Assembly (NCBI GenBank): GCA_030704615.1
Contig: CM060734.1
Coordinates: 50,840,001-50,904,000 of the forward strand
From: Takakia lepidozioides
Taxonomy: Eukaryota > Plantae > Bryophyta
Direction of reading: 5' to 3'
DNA: 64,000 bases
The number at the start of each line of letters is the position of its first letter. Within the stretch, counting starts at the first letter, position 1. Position numbers and translations under genes: made by a program. Positions 18,153 through 30,431 of this stretch are shown piece by piece. The notes beneath the pieces were generated by a model. It was not told the DNA's origin and did not search any database. It was given only the letters and a program-made list of their open reading frames with translations.

Positions 18153-21100
18153 TGTCACGGACATAGTCTAGAGGAACTTACCAGGAGTAAATACCAAAAG
18201 TTATCAAGTTATCATGTTACCGGAAATTACCATGATTTACCATGATTTATCATTACTTACCAAGTTACCGGGAGTTTATCAAATTATCAAGAGTAACTTG
18301 GGAAACTGCTCAGGAAGCTTCATTTGGAAGAAACTTCTCCATCAAGATACCTCATTTGTTTAAGGAAGCTTCTCCATCAAAAAACCTTTGTTTAATCTTA
18401 GAAACTTCTCCAGCAAGCAACCTCCATAGGGGAAGCTTCTTAGGGAAGCTTCTTAGGGAAGCTTCTTAGTAGCCAGTATATATAGGTGGTGAGACTGGAC
18501 ACTCTTCAGTCTCGCCAACACCAGTTCAAGCTACTCTTGTTTCCAGTTCCCAGTACCCTAGCCCAGTTTCCAGTATCTGGTACTCCAGTCCAGTTTCCAG
18601 CATTCCAGTATTCAAGTCGTGTTCCAATATCTTGTACTTTTGTACATTGTTATAAAGATCGTCTTGATTCCTATTTACTCATCGTGCATTCGGCCACGCC
18701 GACCTTGACTTCTTGTCTAGCTATGTACCTCTAGTCTTATCTCTTGTTTGTGTTTAGTCATGTTCTCGTCCCTGACAGTTTGGCGAGACTAAAGTTTGTT
18801 CTTTATTTAGTTAAGATGGAAGGCACATTTGCGGAAATGGTCACCACATTGCAGAGTTTTCAGCTCCAGATGCAAGAACTTCATACATCTACTCCAATTG
18901 CAAGCTGATCAGTCTCAAGATCTTGGCAACGCTCTCCACAATTTGCAACAACAAATTTCAGAGTTAAAGGAGTCGAACAATGGATCTTCAACCATACGAG
19001 TCCCTACTACAACAGCTCATACTGCAACGGTTCCTCTTCAACAGATTACGAGATAACCAAAAATCAGCATGCCCGAGAAATTTGATGGGACGAGATCAAG
19101 TTTTCGCGGTTTTGTTCAACAAGTACGACTGTTCCCACGACTACATCCACAACGCTACCCCGATGAAGGTATTCAAGTGGGATTCGTGGGCACCCTTCTA
19201 TCAGACACTGCCCTATCTTGGTTTGCACCGCTATTAGAAAAAAAATCGCATTTACTATATAATTTTGAAGCATTCATGTCCGAGTTCTACAACGTTTGGA
19301 GAGAATGATAGAGAGAGAGTTGCAGAAACAAAGATGCGAAATCTTCGACAAGGAGCGCGTCCTGCTTCCGTTTATGCTGCCGAATTTCGACAACTTACGT
19401 GCGACCTCGACTGGAATGAGAAGAGCATCATTAGTCAGTTTCAATGTGAACTAAAAGATGATGTAAAAGATTTATTGCTGACAATGCCAAACGTGAGCAC
19501 ACTGAGTGAATTCATCACCCAAGTCATTGCATGCGATAATCGTTTGTTCGAAAGACGTCAAGAAAAGCGATCTGGATGGTCGACGACGCATCATGTCACT
19601 GCTACTACGACACCAAATACAACGATCCATTAGACATCCAGTAGTGATCATATGCAGATTGATGCTGTCCGATTCAAACCATTGGCGCCACAAGAAAAAC
19701 AAAGACGGCGCTCGAATGGATTATACCTCTATTGCGGAGAAGAAGATCACATAGCATTAAACTGCCCCAACAAGAGAAGATTCAAAACTCGGGGCACAAC
19801 TCAAGTGTTCGATACGATGAGGTCGGAAAACGACAATGTCCAGTCACAGTAGGGACCATGCGGCTAGACACCACAAATTCCTTACCGAAAAAAAATCTCT
19901 TTCTACCTCCAGACCCTGCACCTTGCTTCACAGTTCCGGTAAAAATCAGAGTACAAAATCGAGATATCGTTGTAGAAGCACTTTTGGACTCAGGAACTTC
20001 AGCTTGTTTTATGGACAAATTTTTTGCGAAGCAACACAATTTAATATTCGTAAAGAATAAACTTTCGGCCCCCGTTGAAGTCATCGATGGACGACCGTTA
20101 GCATCAGGAAATGTGGACCATGAAACTCGACCACTTAAAGTGAAGCTTAAAAATCAAACATCACATATTGTTTTCAATGTCATCTAGTCTCCAACGAATC
20201 ATGTGATCCTTGGACTTCCCTGGTTCGTACTTCACAATCCCGACATCGACTAGCGATCGCAAAAAATTTCTGCAAGACAAAAATGTAGAAATATCAAAGG
20301 TATTCAACCCCTATTCCTTGGAGCTAGAGCTTTCATGAGAGCTACCAAAAAGGATGCGACATTTGCACTTTATACGACTCCGATCAATACCACAACATAC
20401 AAATGTACTTCAACATTATCCGCTCAATATCAAGATTTCAAAGATGTCTTCGAGAAGAAAAATGCAGACATGTTGCCAGAACATCGACCTTATGACTGTG
20501 CAATTGAGTTACAAGAAGGAGCCCAACCACCATTCGGCCCAATCTATAACTTATCCCAAACAGAATTGGCTGCATTACGTGAATACATTGATGAAAATTT
20601 GTCGAAGCACTTCATCTGACATTCAAAATCACCCGCGGGGGCGCTTATCTTGTTTGTGAAAAAAAAAAAACGGATCATTACGCATGTGTGTCGACTATCG
20701 CGGTCTCAACAAAGTCACAATGAAGAATCATTATCCGTTGCCGCTGATTTTTGGGTTTCTTGACCAGCTGGGACGAGCAAAGATTTTCACCAAAATCGAC
20801 TTGAGAGGAGCCTATAACCTTGTACGGATTTAAAAAAAAACGAATGGAAAACAGCTTTTTGAACAAGGTATGGACATTTTGAATATAATGTTATGTCTTT
20901 CGGTCTTACCAATGCTCCAACAATTTTCCAACATATGATGTGTCAAGGACGAGAACATGACTGAACACAAACAAGAGATAAAACTAGAGGTACAATGCTA
21001 GATAAGAAGTCAAGGTCGGCGTGGCCGAATGTACGATGAGTAAATAGGAATAAAGACGATCTTTATAACGATGAACAATAGTACAAGATATTGGAACACG

Positions 21101-24100
21101 ACTTGAATACTGGAATGCTGGAAACTGGACTGGAGTACCAGATACTGGAAACTGGGCTAGGGTACTGGGAACTGGAAACAAGAGTAGCTTGAACTGGTGT
21201 TGGCGAGACTGAAGAGTGTCCAATCTCGCCTCCTATATATACTGGCTACTAAGAAGATTCCCCAAAAAGCTTCCCCTATGGAGGTTTATTGTTGGAGAAG
21301 TTTCCTCCAAATGAAGCTTCCTGAGTAGTTTCTCAAGTTACTCTTGGTAATTTGGTAAACTCCCGGAAACTTGGTAAGTAATGGTAAATCATGGTAGATC
21401 ATGATACATCACGGTAAGTCATGGTAACTTTTGGTAACTTGGTAACTTCTGGTATTTACTCCTGATAAGTTCTTCTGGGCTATGTCCGTGACATCACCCC
21501 CTCCTCTAGCACCGAGTTCCTCGAGGAGCGGTAAAATCTTGGACTTGCTTGGAGAAAATCCAAAATCCGGCGAATGGTACTTGCCAAGTATTCGGCTCTT
21601 CCTTCTTGACTCAAATGATTTATATGTCCCTGCAACCATCGATAGTGTCCAACACCTTGAACTTCGGACTACGCAGTGATTTGAGCATTCTGATTTTCGA
21701 AGCTGACTTCAAACATGATTTCGTTGCCCTCTGGGTCCGAAGCCTCAACCTTCAACAGAATTATTAGACTTCGAGTAGGCTCCACTCGCCGTCGTACGGG
21801 GCTCAGACGAGGAAGTACGCGTTGCATTGGTGGCCCATCGTCTCGAGAGCGTCGGCGTGCTGTTGAAGGTCGTGAGAGTCGGAATGGTTGATCTGGTAGC
21901 TGGGAAGCGACAACTCCAATATATCTGGTTCCTTCGACTTCATACTGCCAATACAAGATGCAAGAGTGTTGGAAGTGTAGCTATATGTACTGATGTGTGG
22001 TGCTCCTCCCTCCAAAGCTTGTATCAGGTACATTGAATATGAAGTCGTCACCTTGAAGCTAACTTGGCTGACATCATCGTTGTGACGTCTTATTGACGTG
22101 TAGTTCGAGGCTTAGCTGGATATCGTTGATGAAACTCTTGGACTTTTCAGATGCATTGGCGAGGTTGGATGAAGGTTCTCACGTTCGTTCACTGATGTCA
22201 TAGCCTTTCCAATGTACGAAATATTCAAGACGTTTATACTTGATGCGAGAGTCTAGGACTTCGTCGACTTCATACTCAATTTCCTGATTGACTTCGACTG
22301 GTGGAGATGGTACGGAGACTCTCCCTAGAATATTCGATGGATGATACAACTCCAATAATGAAACATGAAAGACTGGATGGATGCGCATACTTCGTGGGAG
22401 TTCAAGCCGAAAACTGACCGGATTTATTTGTCGAATAATTTTGAATGGTCCTAGGCGTTGATAATCCAACTTCCTTGATAGTCGCGAGGTTTGTATGTCT
22501 CGTCGAAGAAGCCACATACGATCTCCGACCTTGAACTGGGGGTTGGAGTTGGCGACGTTGATCTGCATACTTCTTGTATTGTTTTTGAGCTTCTGCGAGG
22601 TGGGATGTAAGCTCCTTATGAATCGTAGCAAGATGAGTAGCAAGGTTTTCTGCAGCAGGGCTTCCAACAGTCTTCATGTGGAAAGGGTTTGCTCGAGGAT
22701 GATGACCATAATTGGAGAAAAATGAAGTTTGTTTGGTCGAAGAATGTATAGTGTTGTTGTAGGCAAACTCGGCCAATAACAGAAGGTCCGTATAATTAAC
22801 TTGGTGATAATTTATCATACAACGAAGATACTGCTCCAAAATCTGGTTTACACGTTCGGTTTGACTATCAGTCTGTGGATGATTAGCTGTAGAGAGGTTG
22901 ATCTTAGTATCCACTATGTGAAATAATCCCCTCCAGAAATTTGATATGAACTGGTGTTGGCGAGACTGAAGAGTGTCCAGTCTCGCCTCCTATATATACT
23001 GGCTACTAAGAAGCTTCCCCAAGAAGCTTCTCCTATGGAGGTTTCTTGCTGGAGAAGTTTCCAAGATTAAACAAAGGTTTCTTGATGGAGAAGCTTCATT
23101 AAGCAAATGAGGTATCTTGATGGAGAAGTTTCCTCAAAATGAAGCTTCATGAGTAGTTTCCCAAGTTACTCTTGGTAATTTGGTAAACTCCCGGTAACTT
23201 GGTAAGTAATGGTAAATCATGATAGATCATGGTAAATTACGGTAAGTCATGGTACTTTTGGTAACATGATAACTTGGTAACTTCTGGTATTTACTCCTGG
23301 TAAGTTCTTCTGGGCTATGTCCGTAACATGATGAATGACATCTTTCGAGAATTTTTAGATGACTTTGTAGTCATCTATTTGGACGACATTTTGATATTTT
23401 CACAGAATGAAGAAGAACATGGCCGCCATGTATGCCTTGTCTTTGATAAATTAAGAGAAAGAGGATTATATGTCAAGTTGGAGAAATGTTTTTTTTATCA
23501 ATCTGAGGTCGAATTTCTGGGCTACATTATTTCCGACAAATGCGTCTTTATGGATAAGAAGAAAATATAAATCATCATCGAGTGGATTAAACCAACTTCG
23601 GTCCTAGATGTACAATGTTTTCTGGGCTTTGCAAATTTCTATAGAATCTTCATCAATGACTATTCCAAAATTGCTGCACCGTTGACACGACTCACAAGGA
23701 ATGACAAATTTGTATGGGACGAGAAAACTGATCAGGCATTTGAAAGGCTGAAGCAGGCATTTACAATGGCTCCAATACTGGTACATGCAAACCCATCTAA
23801 ACCATTCTTCTTAGAAGCAGATGCATCCGACTTTGCACTTGGCGCGGTACTCTCGCAATACGGTACAGATGGCCGACTCCACCTTGTTGGTTTTCGTTCT
23901 CGCAAATTTTTCGCTATGGAGATCAATTATGAAATCCATGACAAAGAACTTCTAGCGATTATCGATGCTTTTGAGGAGTGACGACATTTATTGAAGGGAG
24001 CTAAACATCAGGTCACTGTCTGTACCGATCACAAAAACCTCGAATATTTTATGAGTGCTCGTGTTTTGAATCGACGTCAAGCGAGATGGAGTATGTCACT

Positions 24101-26960
24101 AGCAAGGTTTGATTTTGTTATTACCTACCGTCCCGGACATCTTCAAGGAAAATCAAATGCTCTTTCTCGACGATCGTATCTTGCGCCAAAAGAAGAGGAT
24201 GCAGTTTTTGACCAACAAAAATCCATTATCTTGAAACCAGCAAATCTCCAATTGAATATGTTATCCATGTCCACCTATGACGATGCAGAGATCATAAAGG
24301 AGATTCAGGAAACACTGAAGAGCGACCATTTTGCTACGACACTACGAAGTCAATTAAATCAACCTCGAGACAACCCACATGTTACAAACGACTTCGAATT
24401 CAAAGATGACTTACTTTACTTCAAGGGACTTCTCTATGTACCTCCAGGACCTACACGACTTCGAATTCTTAAAACATGTCATGATCTTTCGGTTGCAGGA
24501 CATTTCGGCTTCAACAAAACATTGGAGTTGATATCCAGGGACTATTGGTAGCCGCAGAAATGGAAACTCGTGAAAGAATTCATAAAATCTTGTGACACGT
24601 GTGCTAGAGCGAAGGGACCACGACATCGACCTTACGGCCTTCTTCAACCATTACCCATTCCCGAGGGTCCATGGTCGTCCGTGTTTATGGACTTTATTAC
24701 GGACCTTCCAATTTCCAAGACTACCGATTCAATCCTTGTTATTGTAGATCGTTTTACGAAGATGGTACATTTCATTCCATGTAATAAGACGGTTATCGGC
24801 GAGGAAACTGCAAGACTCTTCCTCAATAATATCTACCGCATTCATGGACTCCCGAAGGACATCGTATCTGATCGAGGACCACAGTTCATATCAAATTTCT
24901 GGAGGGGATTATTTCACATATTGGATACTAAGATCAACCTTTCTACAGCTAATCATCCACAGACTGATGGTCAAACCGAACGTGTAAACCAGATTTTGGA
25001 GCAGTATTTTCGTTGTACGATAAATTATCACCAAGATAATTGGACGGACCTTCTGTCATTGGCTGAGTTTGCCTACAACAACACTATACATTCTTTGACC
25101 CAGCAAACTTCATTTTTCTCCAATTATGGTCATCATCCTCGAGCAAACCCGTTCCATATGAAGATTGTTGGAAGCCCTGCTGCAGAAAACCTTGCTACTT
25201 ATCTTGCTACGATTCACAAGGAGCTTACATTCCACCTCGCAGAAACTCAAAAACAATACAAGGAGTATGCAGATCAACGTCGCCAACTCCAACCCCAGTT
25301 CAAGGTCGGAGATCGTGTGTGGCTTCTTCGACGAGACATACAAACCTCGCGACCATTAAGGAAGTTGGATTATCAACGCATTGGCCCATTCAAAATTATT
25401 CGATAAATAAATCCGGTCAGTTTTCGGCTTGAACTCCCACGAAGTATGCGCATCCATCCAGTCTTTCATGTTTCATTATTGAAGCTGTATCATCCATCGA
25501 ATATTCCAGAGAGAGTTTCCGTACCACCTCCACCAATCGAAGTCAATCAGGAAATTGAGTATGAAGTCGACGAAGTCCTAGACTCTCGCATCAAGTATAA
25601 ACGTCTTGAGTATTTCGTACATTGGAAAGGCTATGACATCAGCGAACGAACGTGGGAACCTTCATCCAACCTCGCCAATGCATCTAACAAAGTCCAAGAG
25701 TTTCATCAACGATATCCAGCTAAGCCCCAAACTACACGTCAATAAGACGTCACAACGATGATGTCAGCCAAGTTAGCTTCAAGGTGAAGACTTCACATTC
25801 AATGTACCTGATACACGCTAAGGAGGGAGGAGCACCACACATTAGTATATATAGCTATACTTCCAGCACTCTTGCATCTTATATTGGCAATATGGAGTCG
25901 AAGGAACCAGATACATTGGAATTGTCGCTTACCCAGCTACCAGATCAGCCGTTCCGACTCTCACGACCTTCAACAGCACGCCGACGCTCTCGAGACGATG
26001 GGCCACCAATGCGACGCGTACTTCCTCGTCTGGACCCCGTACGACGGCAAGTGGAGCCTACTCGAAGTCTGATAATTCTGTTGGAGGTTGAGGTTTCGGA
26101 CCCAGAAGGCAACGAAATCATGTTTGAAGGCAGTTTCGAAAATCAGAATGCTCAAATCACTGCGGGGTCCCAAGTTCAAGGTGTTGGACACTATCGATGA
26201 TTGCAGGGACATATAAATCATTTGAGTCAAGAAGGAAGAGCCGAATACTTGACAAGTATCATTCGCCGGATTTTGGATTTTCTCCAACTCTAAGCAAGTC
26301 CAAGATTTCACCGCTCCTCGAGGAACTCGGCGCTAGAGAAGGGGGTGATGTCACGGACATAGTCTAGAGGAACTTATCAGGAGTAAATACCAGAAGTTAC
26401 CAAGTTATCATGTTACCGGAAGTTACCATGACTTACCGTGATTTACCATTACTTATCAAGTTACCGGGAGTTTACCAAATTACTAAGAATAACTTGGGAA
26501 ACTGCTCAGGAAGCTTCCTTTGGAAGAAACTTCTCCATCAAGATACCTCATTTGTTTAAGGAAGCTTCTCCATCAAGAAACCTTTGTTTAATCTTAGAAA
26601 CTTCTCCAGCAAGCAACCTCCATAGGGGAAGCTTCTTAGGGAAGCTTCTTAGTAGCCAGTATATATAGGTGGAGAGACTAGACACACTTCAGTCTCGCCA
26701 ATACCAGCTCAAGCTACTCTTGTTTCCAGTTCCCAGTACCCTAGCCCAGTTTCCAGTATCTGGTACTCCAGTCCAGTTTCCAGCATTCCAATATTCAAAT
26801 CGTGTTCCAATATCTTGTACTTTTGTACATTGTTATAAAGATCGTCTTGATTCATATTTACTCATCGTGCATTCGGCCACGCCGACCTTGACTTCTTGTC
26901 TAGCCTTGTACCTCTAGTCTTATCTCTTGTTTGTGTTTAGTCATGTTCTCGTCCTTGATA
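18153..26960 (+). mobile_element. Full-length, degenerate chromodomain Ty3/gypsy (chromovirus) LTR retrotransposon
   Basis: LTRs 18153-18777 and 26349-26960; 5-bp TSD GCATG (18148-18152 / 26961-26965); PPT before 26349. gag (PEKFDG; zinc knuckle with first Cys mutated), protease LLDSG, RT YLDDIL, RNase H DASDFALG, integrase GHFG/TDGQTER/GPF, chromodomain (EYEVDEVLD..YFVHWKGY). Confidence 0.97.
20941..23328 (-). mobile_element. Same-family chromovirus copy, internally deleted, nested antisense in the host RT
   Basis: TSD TGATG (20936-20940 / 23329-23333). Complete LTR 20941-21493, partial LTR ~22947-23328. Retains only the integrase 3' half, chromodomain and 3' region. Confidence 0.95.
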
Positions 26961-26965
26961 GCATG

Positions 26966-27870
26966 TATAGCTCTAGTGTTTTTTAAAGGGTTTTAATTTG
27001 GACAGGCCCCCAACAAATTTGCATTTGTTAATCAAGTTCCCGAACAACTAATGTGATGAAAATATGCTGGCCTGTAAAGCTCCAAATTTTTGTAAGTAAA
27101 GGGGTTTTGGATTGGCCCCCATTAGATCTGCACTTAATGTTGTTCAAGTTCCACGACATAGTTGTGCTTAGATGACTCTATCTTCATGTGTTTTTCTCCA
27201 ATTTGGGTAGGCTATGGCTTGGTGAATTTTTAAAAAGTATGGTGATAAGATATGCTGGCCTCTAGAGCCATAAATTGTTTCAAGGGATTTTGGACTGGCC
27301 CCAACGGATTTGCACTTATTGTTCAAGTTCCACGATATAGTTGTGCTCATATGGTCCTATCTTCGTACCATTTTTTCCAATTTGGGTGGGCTATGGCTTG
27401 GTGGATTTGTTAGGGTGATGAAAGAATGCTAGCCTCCAGAGCCATAAATATTTCTTAAGGGGTTGTGGTTTGCCCATCAGCAAATCTGCACTTGTTGTTC
27501 AACTACTCAGACAGACCTATCTTTTTGCCAATTACTCCAATTGTGTTGTATTATGGCTTGGCACATTTCTAAAAACTATTTGTGATTAGGATATGGGTGG
27601 CCTCCAGAGCTCGGAATTTCTTAAGGGGTTTTGGTCTAGACCCCAACAGATCTGCTTTTGGTGGTGAAGTTTTTAGACGTTCAGCTATACAGATGGCCCT
27701 ATATTCTTCTTCCCAATTGCTCCAATTCTGGTGTGTTATGGATTAGTAGATTTCTAACAACTAGTGTGATCAGGATATGGTGGCCTTCAGAGCTCTGAAT
27801 TTTATTAAGGGGTTTTGGTTTGGTTCCCAACAGATCTGCTTTTGATGGTCAAGTTTTTGGTTGTTCAGCT
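26966..27870. repeat. Degenerate ~178-bp tandem repeat array (continues at ~18020-18147, left of the gypsy insertion)
   Basis: Recurring gttcaagttcc..ctcagatggccctat..ccaatttggg..atgctggcctc.agagc..aaggggttttgg..caacagatctgc near 27140, 27320, 27496, 27663 and 27848. Confidence 0.7.
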
Positions 27871-28194
27871 ACTCATATCACAACAACAAAACTCGGTAGT
27901 TATGATTGTCAACCCCGACAGTCATGGTTTTCCTGACTTTGACCATGACTACATCTTTATTTTAGACAAAACAGACCACCCAAAGTCATTCATATGACTG
28001 TAGTCATACAATACAAACGACTACCATTTAGAATCATTTGTATGACTATATAAGTTTTTCTATAAGTTTTAAGCTTAGAATCAAATACTATAAGAGAACC
28101 TCTTGATGACTGTGATGCTATGTTGTACGATATATATGACTAATAATCATATATAAGACTCCGATTAGACATGTCAAAAGCTTTATATTTCAAA

Positions 28195-28929
28195 GTTCGA
28201 TTGATGAACTATGTATATATACATATGTATACTTTTCAATTTTTAATTATAGAAAAGACGACAGGTCGTGGATTTTGTAACACTTATTGCTATCGTTACT
28301 TTCTAAATATCCGTACTATCATATATCTAATCTCTGCCTTACGACGACATATGATTTTAGATTCTCATTTCGAAGAAAAATCACGAAAAGATGGTCGATT
28401 TAAATCCATAAAACTTTTTTCTATCATTATGACGCACCATCACTGCTATCTATTACACTTAAGAATATTAACAACCACAATCATTTCAATTTAAAAAATA
28501 TATATATTAACCGTATCCTCCCGAAGATGGTATTTCACTTTCAACTTCAAGAAAACTATGCTCTGATACCATTGTAACACCCAAGAATCAAGATCTACAC
28601 AGACTATATTAAAGTGCTTCTAAATGTTTTCTCAAAACAACTCGATGTCTTCTAGGCTTCATTGCATGTTTATATACCCTCCACAATATGATTATTTTCA
28701 AGGTTTGACTTGAGAACCTCAAGTCAAAATTTTCTAAAAATTAACGTTCTTAGGTTTAACATATTCTCCACAATATAACTTTCTCAAATATTTGACCTAT
28801 TCTCCATAATATGAATATCTTATATGATTGACTTGAGAACCTCAAGTCAAACTTCCTAAGAACCGTCTTAATTATTTTGGAAACTTTTATGAAATTTTTC
28901 TCAAACTTTCTAGATTTTACCCTGTTACA
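28195..28929 (-). mobile_element. LTR + PBS + leader fragment of an AT-rich LTR retrotransposon
   Basis: LTR 28573-28929 (tgtaaca..tgttaca); tRNAiMet PBS 28560-28571; leader homologous to 33159-33525. Confidence 0.8.
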
Positions 28930-30431
28930 TGATATCGTATGACCAAATTCTTGACCATCATCTCTTGATATCATTTGCATTTTTTGGCTTCATTCATAGT
29001 TCCTCACAGAGACTTGGATCAACTTTCAATGTAAATATCATCTGCTCATCGTTTGTAATAACACGGTAATAAAATGGATATGCTAATTGTGAATTATCAT
29101 CTCTCTTTATAAACAGAGGCCATATGTGTTCATATTTTGAATGGGCTTGCTTGAAGTGAATCCCACCCTTGCCGCTTTCATACTATCAGATTTTATTTAA
29201 AGCTTTGGTACTATGTAACAAGTCTCCTAAATCAAATCCTCGTTTTTTACCAACCATACCACCCACCTTGTTGAAAAAAACTATACAGGATCAGATCCGG
29301 TGAGGTGAAGTGCACATGACAAATTAGAGTACTGATCCTTAAACGGCTTCATCAAAATGACGATATAATGTCAAGATAATTGAACATCGAAAAAAACCTC
29401 TGTGCTTATGAAATTTAGTTTTATTGTCTTGCCGTACTCTGGATCCATAATCGTCATATTTTCATTTTTTTTAGCTAGTCGTAATATGTCTCTTAAATAT
29501 AGAGAAGGTGAAAGAAATATGTTGACATAGTCACCTACCACCTCCAAATAAACTTTGGTGCCCATGATTTGTTCTTGCCTCACTTTCTTATCATCTGGTA
29601 AAGCTTGAAGACACACTCGACATATATGATGATTTGCAATACGTTGTACAAAGCCCAAGTTTTGTCTATCATGCCTCAAATAGTCTACCTTTGTAATCGG
29701 ATACTCATCCATCGAAAAATATAATACGCCATTCCAATGTGACCCCTATGGATCTCATTGGGTCCTAAGAGCAACATCTTCACTGGGCTATCCATAGGAT
29801 TAATGAGTTTTTTTTCCATTATGAACATAATCTTGATCATGCAGTCGGGCTACTGTGTATTTTTCTTAGAGTTCTCACCCTTCCCAATCTAGTCCACTCT
29901 CTCCACTTCCTCTCCACGTTGTTTTATATCTTACTCCATTGATCATCTTAGTTGCACACGTCATATCCATCACATTGTGACGTTGACGGGATCTACGTCA
30001 TGTTTATTTTTTCATGATAAAAACATATTTATATGAGGGAATGTCATATCACATTGACTAACACGTTGGTGAATATTAACCATTAAGCGTCCACTAGGCC
30101 CGTTTTGGGCTTTTCATTTTGGTCATTTTTTTATATCTTCGACAGATCTCATCGTGCAGATCTGCTTTTTGAGTATCTCATGTCAGCCACATGGCAGCAT
30201 TCCGCATAGAGATTTTTTTTTTAAAACAATTATGGTTCCAGAAAAGCAGCTGGAGTTCAAGGGGGTGCTTACGCATTACCTCCCTTGAAGGTTGTTCATG
30301 TCTTGTGTGTCTTGCGCTTCCTAAGCTCGTGAGTGATGATGCTTGTAGGAGCTGCGTTGACCGCATGCCACATGTTCCAATTTCATTCAAATGAACTCAT
30401 TCTTGGTTTGCTAGATGCTGCATCTTGTAAT

